Shown: positions 54,324-64,000 of the stretch, one piece after another
Position numbering within the stretch: position 1 is the first letter of the stretch
Layout of the letters: each line of letters begins with the position of its first letter
Assembly: GCA_051294375.1 (NCBI GenBank)
Contig: CM119263.1
Coordinates: 17,442,635-17,506,634 of the forward strand
Source: Paraspadella gotoi
Taxonomy: Eukaryota > Animalia > Chaetognatha
Length of the DNA stretch: 64,000 nucleotides
Reading direction: 5' to 3'
Position numbers and translations under genes: made by a program
The notes under the pieces: generated by a model
What the model saw: only the letters and a program-made list of their open reading frames with translations
Database searches by the model: none
Told to the model about the DNA's origin: nothing

Positions 54324-54613
54324 TCGGTCGAACGTGCCGGCTGGCAAGGCGAAAAACGGCCCGGCCGACCCCGTCTCCCGAGGGGTCAGAGGTCGCCCGG
54401 CTTTTCGTTTCCCGCCAACATTCGCCGTCGGTTTTCGAACGAAGGTGAAAATCAGCGCCGAATAAATCTCCAGCGCGGAAATCGAGAACTCAAGACGAGG
54501 GACGCGGCGCCGCCGTCGCTGGAGCGGCTGATACTGCACATTCGGATAAAGGAGATGCTGACGGTATAACGGTTTCCGCGGACTTATTGGTCAGTGAACT
54601 CAAGATGCCCGAG
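54324..54613 (+). CDS. Possible exon fragment in a GC-rich island after a gap (...KSAPNKSPARKSRTQDEGRGAAVAGAADTAHSDKGDADGITVSADLLVSELKMPE)
   Basis: GC-rich and protein-like, ending at GAG|GTATTC; the same frame has one TGA at 54446-48; frame and 5' boundary uncertain. Confidence 0.25.
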
Positions 54614-57600
54614 GTATTCGCGTTGTTTCCTCGTCCTCCGCCATTATCACTTTTCGTTCGGCGCATCCTGTCTAGGTTGCCTTGTCGTTTTGTTCGAGTT
54701 GTCAATGTTGTTCCGTTCCGCCAGTTACCTCCCGTTTTTCCTCCCTCCGGGCCTTTTTTCCTTTTTTTTCTCCTTTTTTTTCTCCTTTTTTTCCCCTTTT
54801 TTTTTGAGTGAGTGTGTTGCTGCGAGGCAGAGTTTCCCATTTTCATCTGCTTCTTTATTTATAAGGTTTTTATTGCGGTTTATTTTCGAGCATAAAATAT
54901 TGGAAGAGGAAATTTATCGCTTGCTTTGCATACAAGTTCGACTCGAAACGGTTCTAATCTCACAATAAAAACAAACAAACAGNNNNNNNNNNNNNNNNNN
55001 NNNNNNNCAGCCAAAAAGACAACGAACTCAAAAATAATAAAACCAAAAACACCCGACTCTGATATCAACCTCGTCAACAAAAGATGCTTAGCACAATGCA
55101 ACAGCAACTCTCATTTTTGCATTTAGCACGAAAATAGAGGTATCCAAAAAAAAAAAAATAGGACTTCCCTTTCTTATTTCGTTGGCGGACGGCCTGCCGA
55201 CCTGGCTGGGCTTGGGCTCCGGCTGGGCTGGTTTGCTGAGCTGTATACTCGCTTTCGGCGCCGGAATACGAAATAAAGGAAGAAAATGACAAATGTATAT
55301 GTATTGAAACTCTCGAAACAGGCCGAGAAACCAAAACACGAAAGAAAAAACAGTCGGGGAGAAGGAGAAGAGATGAGGAAACGGAGCGAAGAGGAATGCC
55401 CGCAATTGAAAAAAAAAAACATTGAGATTGTTAAGGGAACATTTTCTTTAAGTGTGATACAAATTGTTGATAATATAATATCTTTTTTTATTAAAATGTT
55501 AAACTGCAATATAGTCATATAATTATTCAGTTATTAATCAATTAGTCATTAATTGCATTCAATAATAATGATCCGATTCATTAATCAATCAAAACAAACA
55601 TTTTCGTCAAATTAATAAAATTAATTGCTAATGATTTAATTAACTTGAATTAATTAATTAATTTATTTAATTAGATTAATTACCGTAATTTGATCGTGGG
55701 CAGATCCGACATTGTTTGCTCAAACATTGTTTAAAGTTTAAACTGACGATCTAACGTCGTTTTTGTTTATTTCTTTTCTACAACTTCTTTTGTTTAAAAA
55801 AATTAACATAACTTTGTTTTAGTTGCCCTCGATAAATGCTTACTTTCGAGGAAGGAAAACCTAATATCTCTTTTCTTGGTGTTGTTAAAATGAACTGTGC
55901 AACCGGCAATATTGTACATCATTGTACTTCTTAATCAATCTCTTTTGTTAATACCGGGAAGTTAGTTTACGTTTTTTGTGTTTTTTTAGTTCGTCTTTTT
56001 TTTTTTTTTTTGTTTTTTTTTTTTGCGACTTGGCTAATTCGTGCTTATTTCCTTTTTTTTCCGTTCCTCTTTTTTTTCTCCTCGAGTTTTTTTTTTTTTT
56101 TGTTTCATTTCTCCTTTTCTTCTTTTTTCCCCTGTTTGTTGCCCGTGTCCTCCTTTACCGAATAACTTTTCACTCCCGCAATCTTACCCGTATATAACTT
56201 TGCAACTTTTATCGCCGCACCAACTCTCCCTATTACGTCCTAACCTCCGAAGCAACCCGATGGGGCCACGGAATGAGAGATAACGTGACGGGCGCTCTTC
56301 GGTAGTGCCGCAAACGCTATGGCGAGCTTTTGCCTTGCGCAAATTGCTGTGCATATTCTACCTCGGTATCGTTTGGCAGGTTTGTCTGTTACCGGGTTTT
56401 CGGGATGTATGTAATGAGAGATGAGGCAAGAGAGCCGAACACAAGAGACGCAAAATAATTGCTAATGCGGAACGAACGATGCATGAGACGTATGGCGCTA
56501 CGGGACGAACGACGACGACGACCAATCACTTACGGAATGGGTAAAGGAGGGAAAGATAGACTCTGAGAGATTCGAAGGAGAATTTACTTTTTGCTTGCAT
56601 TTTTGAAATTGTATCATTTAACGCCATAACGACGACGAAACCGATTTGGAAAAGACGAAGTTTTGACGGATGATTGATTGTCTATGTCATCGACGACGAC
56701 GAAACGACGACGACGAGAACGTACGTGACGAAGACACGACGGAACGACGACGACGAACGCCGAACGACCGGGACGAAACGACCGAAGCAATAGTCTGGCC
56801 AAATATGTTTTTTGATATACTTTTTAACGTTTGTAAGAAAAGTTAGAAAGGAGAGAAAGGAGGAAAAGAAAGATGTTATTCGATGAGATTTAATATAAAA
56901 GTAGAGAGAGACGCGTAATGAAAGATTCGCGACATAGAGACGGGAAGAAGAGGAGGAGAGACGCGAGACGAAGAGGAGAGAGAGATGAGAGAGGAGAGAG
57001 AAGGAGAGAGGAGAGAGAGAGAGAAGAGAAGAGAGAGAGGAAGCGTCAGAGTTTGGTTTCATTTTGAGAGGTCAACAAACAAGGAAGCCTCCACGATGAA
57101 AAGAGAAAATACGAGCCAGGGGGAAACGCTGTGTTGCGAGGACGCGTCGCGATTCCTGGGCGGAGTTGAGAGGAGCTTGGCGGCAGGGGGGGTGTGGGGT
57201 TAGGGTTGAGGAAACAGGGGGTAGTCTAGTAGACGGAGATGTTGTGAGCGGTGGTTGAGGCAGAGTCACGATTTTAGGGTAGGAAGGCCCAGGTGGTAAT
57301 GGCGTGCGCGACGAACATTCTCTTAACGACATCAAAGAAAAAGGAACAAAAGGATTTTAATTTTTTTAATTTTCAATGTTTTGATTGAAAAAAAACATTT
57401 CACCCCTTCTATGGGTTTTTTTTTTTCTCATCCCAACGCTTTGACAAAATGAAATCCCACATGTATGTCATATTTGCTTGAGATAGATGGACGCCTATTT
57501 CGGAGAGGAAGAAGCTGGAAGAGAGGAGAGAGGTAGGAGGAGAGGAGGAGGAGAAGGCGGCGTTGGTGAAAGGGTTTTATCCGCGTCATCCATCGATTCT

Positions 57601-57996
57601 ACCGACCTAAGACGATGAATGATCACAACGACGACGTTAGTGACAAAGATTATGATTATGACGACAAAAATTCGTATTAGTACACACTCGAAAATGGCTT
57701 GCAACGCCTTTCAATAAGGCGGTCGGGGAGAAGCGAGACATCTTTGGTAAAGTAAATTGTAAAGTTAATGGGTGAATATTTAAAACAATATAAAAAAAAA
57801 TTAAACCTTTATACTCAGTCTCAGTGATAAAAGCCATTATTCGAAACGGCCACAACCCCAGTTCTTTTTAATACAAAGTTAAAGGAGTAAAGAGAGAGGA
57901 AGGAAAGGAGAACAGAGAATTACGTAGAGAAGAAATAATTTGAAAGGAATTTTAAGATGGAGAAAAGAAAAAAAAGTGAGAATATTTTTTCAAGTT

Positions 57997-58027
<31 letters not shown>

Positions 58028-60041
58028 TTGATTTTGTTGAAAAAAGAAAAATTAAATGATATGAAGTTTTTAAATGGGGTTTTTAAGGTTTAAGAGGATG
58101 GAACGAGAGAGAGAGAGAGGAGTTGAGAGAGACAAGGGCATGAGAATTGAAAAAAATATGGGTTTGAAAAAACAGTAGAGAACAAGAGAGGAAAAAAAAA
58201 GGAGAAAAAGATCTTAAAAAAGGAAAGAGAGAAAGAAAGGAAAGAAAGGAAAGAAGAAAGAAAGAAGAAAAGAAAGATAGGAAAGAAAACCAAATTTCAT
58301 ACTTAACGCAGGACAATTGTTGCGTATATATAATTCTATATTCTTTAAAGGCTTGTCTGAATATATCTGTAAAAACATTCTGAAATTTTTGATTAATGTC
58401 TTTAATTTTAGTATAATTTGCTTAGCTTAAAAATAAACGTCACTAGTGCTATTCTTCAAAAAAAAACCGCCGTTTTTTTAAAAAAGATTGGGAAGGAGAA
58501 TTAATCGTCGTAATTACGGGTCCTTCGGCGTAGCATGCTCTGTACACAATCGCCAATTTAATTAATTGATGGTCGTTTACCAAATCACCAAATCTAATCA
58601 ACAGTGGTCGGGAGAATAAGTCGTCCGCCGCATTTATCGATTGATTATAACGAGAGCTTCGGCGCTACATTTCCGCTCCTCACCTCGGAGACATAGTTCG
58701 CTTAACGCTTTACCGACTTCACTTCTCAAAAACGCAGCTGCGGAAAGGGAAAAAAAAGATACTGCGCTAAAAAAAAAAAAACAACACGAAACAATGAAAA
58801 AAACATAACGCGAAAGGGAAATAACATGAAAGAAAGAAAAAACCAAAAGACTCGCGATGGGAAACAGAATATTCACAAGGGGGAGGAAAAACAATGGCAG
58901 GAACATATTCACGCAACTCTCGCCATTAATTTACTTCTCACGATATCTCCCTCTTCTCACTCTCACTCTCTTTTTCTTTTGCTCTGCGTATTTTCCACTC
59001 TCATTCTTTCTGTTCGCAAGTTTTTTTTTTCACACCGTCGAGGTCTCTCTTTCAATTAATGCAAAGAGAGAGAGAGAGAGAGAGGAGAAGGAGAGAGAGT
59101 AAGAGAGGACAGAGGGAGAGAGAGAGAGAGAGAGAGGAGGCAGAGATATCCGGGTTTCGTTAAGATTAGCGATCGATTTCCCTTTTCCTAAATACGTAAT
59201 ATCCAGCAGTATCTAATGTGAGGTGCAATGTAATTTGGCCAAGATAATCCAATAAAATAAGAGAAAATGAACCCAGAATTAAAAAACTTGAGCTATTTCC
59301 TGGAAATTAGATACTTTAGTGTCATTATCTTGTTAAGTGTGATGTCGGAGCCTTATATAACCACCAAAGCCAGTTCCAAATGTCAGGGCAAAATAGCTTA
59401 TAAATAAGCAGGTGAATGGATATCATTTGGGACCATTTTATACAAGATGAAAGAGAAAAAGGGTTTTTTTTTTCTTCATTCAATATTGTTCGTCCCATTT
59501 GAGTGCTTTCTCAAACACAAGCTAAATAAAAGAATTGTATAAATCCTTCAAAAAATATTCAATTCGACTTCCTGTATTATAAACACTACGAGTGTAATGC
59601 GCTCACATTTTAAAAACTACTATAAACGCCTGCTTGACTAATCACACATCACCGCCATCGAACCTGGCGTTGTGCGCGTATATTGCGCAGCTTTCGTACC
59701 TACGCAGTAGTGGATTAGTTCGCGCAACCGGTGTTTGCGTTCTACATGGGTGGGGTCACGTAACTAGTACGCATTCCTCCGCATCACGTTTATCCGAGCG
59801 TGATCACGCAACCTGCCGAACGTTAGGCGCGCATTTCGGTGCCCGTCACGCCGTCGCTGCTTTTCTCATATCCGACGCGTTCACTGAAACGATTCTATCT
59901 TGGGAAGATGAAAAAAACTTGGCGGAAATTCCTTCCGGCCGACGATGGAAAGCGTGAATTCATTTCTATTCCGTCGCTTCACCGAGATGCCGAGGCGTGA
60001 ATGTAAACGACCTATTCAGCAATCTCTCTCTTCCTCTCTCT

Positions 60042-60094
<53 letters not shown>

Positions 60095-60621
60095 CTCCTC
60101 CTCTCTCTCTCTCTCTCTCTTCTCTCTCTTCTTCTCTCTCTCTCTCTCGTGCTCTCTCTCTCTCTTCTCTCTCTCCCTCTGTCTCACGCACAGTTCTTTT
60201 AGTTTATTATGAAAATAAAAGTCGGTTGTGTTGTAATAAAAAGCATTTGCTAAATGTTATTTAATACAAAATTATTCTGCGCATTCTTATTGAAACGCCC
60301 CAAATGTCAATTTACACATCAACGAAAACTTCGGCAGAAAAAATAAGATGATTACTAATAAATGTATTGTTTTAACGTAATTCTAAGGGAAAAAGAAGAA
60401 AGGGAAAAATAAGAATAGAAAAAAAAAAGCATAAAAAGAATCCGTGCATGCACGAACCTCGCCGTGCAATTTCGTGCAATTTTTGCGTGCACTTTTCAAA
60501 AAAAAAGGAAAAGGCGAAGAACCTGTTGAGAAGGGAATTACGACCAAGGTTATGTGGGCAGATAACGAGTAAGGAGGCCGGAGTCTCCTTTGAAAAGAGA
60601 GAGGAGAGAAGAGAGAGCTGA

Positions 60622-60677
<56 letters not shown>

Positions 60678-60849
60678 TAGCTACGTAATACGTTAATTAG
60701 TTATGAATACAAAAACAAAAGCAGTATATGGAAGAATAAGCGATTTTGTCTTGTAATCAGGAAGCCTTTCAAGATTCGCTCTCTAATGAAGCGACTGACG
60801 GGTTTTTCTTCATTAGTAGCACCGTGACACGGTTCGTTATCCTCCCTCT

Positions 60850-60914
<65 letters not shown>

Positions 60915-61979
60915 ATCGCTAACTCCTGCCTCACCCACTCTCTTTCATTTAATTCGCATCCCTGTCTTTTATGTTCGCCCTTATGTCGTGTTCGGTTTAA
61001 TTAAAAGCAAAGAAAGGAAATGTTTCTTTCTTTTTTCCCTTTTGAAAGTAACCGGTCTCGGTCGCTTTCTTTTGTGTTTCATAGTAATTTCTTAGTTGTC
61101 TCGTTGCAATCAGTTATGCTACAATGTACCATAATCATTTTGTTTTGAAATATTTTCCTAACAACGTTATTAAATCTCAGTTATATGCGATTAAAAATCA
61201 TTAAAAATATTACCGTTTGATATAACTTATCTGCAGAGTGCATGTTACAATATTTTCATTTACCTGGCTTCTCTTGACGCACATCATCTGTTATCTTTTC
61301 CTCTATCCTCCTCCTCCTCCTCCTCCTCCTCCTCCTCATCCTTGTAAATCGTTTCTCCTCATCATCTGTGAGTTGCATGAAATCTTTATCACTAGGAACG
61401 CCTCTGATTCTCTCCTTCCTTTTACCCCAATTTCTCTCTTCTTTTTTTTCCTCTTTCAACACCTACTCTATCTCCCTCCTCTCTCGCCCAATCCTCTCTT
61501 TCCTCAACCCAATATCTCTCTCTCTCCCCCCATTTTCTCCTTCCTCTCTTTTATTCCATCCGTAACCCCAACCCCCTAAAGGTCACGCCGAGGCGAAGCC
61601 GATTTTCAGGGCGAATGCCACGTGATTCACAGGCGTCACAAAACGCAAATAAGATTGGGTTCTCATTGCAGCTCATCGTTTCAGCTTCCCTTGCGCTGTC
61701 GGGAGGGAGATGTGGTTTTCTGACTTGGTGCCCGGGCGAGGTTTCAGTGTGGCGGAGATCCAGTTACTTAAAAACTCCACTGCTAGTAGTTACACTGAAT
61801 TACTACATCAGTCGTAGAAATATTTTTTCTTGGTTAGTATGAGACGCTAATCTTCTTATTGCAACCTCGAGCGAATTTCCTACCAACGATTACGCTTGAT
61901 AAGAATATCTCCTGGCCTCTAGACCTTACAAGGAGGTCAGGTTCAGGGATCGAAAAAATAATGACTTTAATAAGGACGA

Positions 61980-62684
61980 TGAAGAGACAGTGATAATTGT
62001 TATGTGTTATGACAAGAACCGTCTTCAATATAAGCAGTCCCTGAGCTTCGGATCAGGCTGTAACACCACGCGCCCATTGGAATCTACAGTCGGCCTGAGG
62101 TTATAGCGTCCCCGTGTCCCTTCTCTTCACACTCGCCCAGACGCACACTCGGTGCCTACTGACCCGGACATTTCGAGTTGGCCGAGAGGCGAATTGACTG
62201 CTTCCCGGCACCAATGGCCGTGCTCATGAACGGTGGTGGATTTTAGTCCACCATACATCCCCCCCTCCAGTAGGGAGAGTCTGTTGCGTCTCTTTCAGTG
62301 AATATTGTTGTTGTTGTGGAAAGTTCGTCACCAAGTTGAGGCATGTCGCCTGATGTGTTTGTGGCGAAAGTCATCGCCAGGTTGAGGCATGTCGCCTGAA
62401 AGTGTTGTTGGTTGCTGGTGGTCGGAAGTCGGCCTCACCATGAGAGACAGATATATTATTGACATATGTTTCATGACAGAACGTTCAAATATAGGCAGTT
62501 CCCTGACGCTATCCGGATCAGCATGTAACACCATTTACAGGCGGGGTTAAGCGCCCCGTCCTCTTTAACTTGCATCAGACGACCACCGGGCTAGAACCCG
62601 GACCTTGGTTGGGAGGCGAACGACTTGCTTTCCGGCACCAATATGGCCGCTGAGAACGGTTGGTGGATTTTTATGTCCACCATA
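61980..62684 (-). mobile_element. TRIM-like non-autonomous miniature LTR retroelement
   Basis: Direct repeats 61980-62257 (TG...CA) and 62441-62684; 183-bp internal region; minus-strand PBS TGGTGAGGCCGAC abutting the 5' LTR (62428-40); PPT GGAGGGGGGGA (62258-68) abutting the 3' LTR; ACGA at 61976-79 and 62685-88 as candidate TSD. Confidence 0.85.
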
Positions 62685-63390
62685 ACGACACTTTTCTGGT
62701 TAAAAGTAAAACGAAATGTCAATGTTCCCAAGAGATTATCCAGGATCCGTCTATGTAATCCGGTGGCTGTAAAGGCCGGGTCCAAATTCAGAAGAAAGAA
62801 GGAGGGACGAGAGATGAGAGAGAGGAGAGAGAGAGAGAGAGAGACATTCGGAGCACAATTCACTTGATGCATGTTTCAAGTCATGCTAAACTGCTATCTA
62901 ATACTAATTCGACTAGCTACCCAGTATACGTATCCAATTTAATCAAGGATTTATTGTATACATTAAAAATTGATTAACGACCGACAGATTGACCAGATAG
63001 AAAATGCGTAACCAGATGCAGAGCGTCTTCGCCTGCCGTTCATCTTTAAAAACGGCTACTGGCAGCATATTCATCAATTAATCTCCATATACCATCCTCA
63101 CTCATACTACATGCTCTGCTACGAGCCAACAGAGACTATACGTGTGAGCCAAGACAGAGGACCACATTAAAAAAAAAATCTTCCTTCTTATTTTACTCGT
63201 TTTGCTTTCTTCTTTCTATATTAATTGTTTATTAGTCTTCTGTCTTGGGACCTGGAGGAACGGACGAGACAGAAAAGGATAGAGGTGAAAGATTACTACT
63301 AGCCGTTACTCTGCACCCTTTCTGTATGTTCTTACTTTCCTTGTTGCTTTCCCTGATTATCGATTAATCTCTCCTCTGCTCCTCTCTCTG

Positions 63391-63455
<65 letters not shown>

Positions 63456-63840
63456 ATCTATGTATGAAAGCGAAAATTCCCGCTTTTCTGACCCTCTTTT
63501 ATCAATTTCATAACTATTTTAATAGCAATCTCTTTTTTAAGTGGAAAATGCGTCAGATGGAATGAGTTTGACTCCTCAGCCTGAATACCCTCTTTTCGTT
63601 CCCTCTAGTCGCCACGGAAAGCATATTGGCGGAAGCGGCTGAAGCACAAGGCAGCCGGACGGGAAAGCTGAGCCGAAGCAGGCGACGCCAGTGTGCATTG
63701 ATGGGTTGGTGATTTGTTGGTGGTGGTGTCGTAGGAGACGGGAACTCCATTCATCACAGTGCGATGAAAGTCCTATTTGGATTATGTGGGGTAAGTGTAG
63801 GCTGAGGTGTATGACTCTCTCTTGTGGTTGTTTGTGTGTG

Positions 63841-64000
63841 TCTGAGCTGAAGCTCGTCGCTTTTGCGCGGAAACTCGTAAATAAAGGAAGAAATGGACAA
63901 AGAAGGCGAGAACTCGAAACAAGGCCGAGAACCAAAACAGCGAAAGAAAACAGTCGGGGAGAAACGGAGCGAAGAGAATGCCCGCTTCAATTGAAAAAAA
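63841..64000 (+). repeat. Second copy of 55236-55420
   Basis: Shared aaataaaggaagaaa...ggccgagaa(a)ccaaaaca...aacagtcggggagaa...aaacggagcgaagag...tgcccgc. Confidence 0.8.

Noticed and set aside
52989-54539. Long ORFs of 516 aa and 322 aa (also 351 aa at 39006-40061)
   Set aside because: Their length comes from translating through N gaps.

Overview
Eukaryotic (probably invertebrate animal) draft-genome window: AT-rich, dense in (CT)n, (TTTC)n and (GAC)n microsatellites, with many N gaps. Almost all listed ORFs are microsatellite or gap artefacts. The real coding content appears to be one + strand multi-exon gene encoding a low-complexity, Gly/His/Gln-rich N-terminal region that I cannot assign to a family. 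Its phase-compatible exons are 4490/4535-4563, 5057-5258, 10553-10685 and 39030-39754, with a probable alternative long first exon at 7896-8552. About 6.8-19.4 kb recurs at about 22.2-38.1 kb as indel-ridden copies next to exactly-25-N gaps, which suggests long-read gap-filling rather than true duplication. The duplication exposes a filled/empty pair for a ~4.95-kb TIR element with an 8-9-bp TSD (27482-32427). Also present: a Tc1-like transposon (43815-45158), a complete TRIM-type miniature LTR element with PBS, PPT and TSD (61980-62684), and an 18-bp minisatellite. I found no convincing wholly new biological system; the best leads are the TRIM, the polymorphic TIR element with possible Ulp1-like cargo, and the alternative N-termini.
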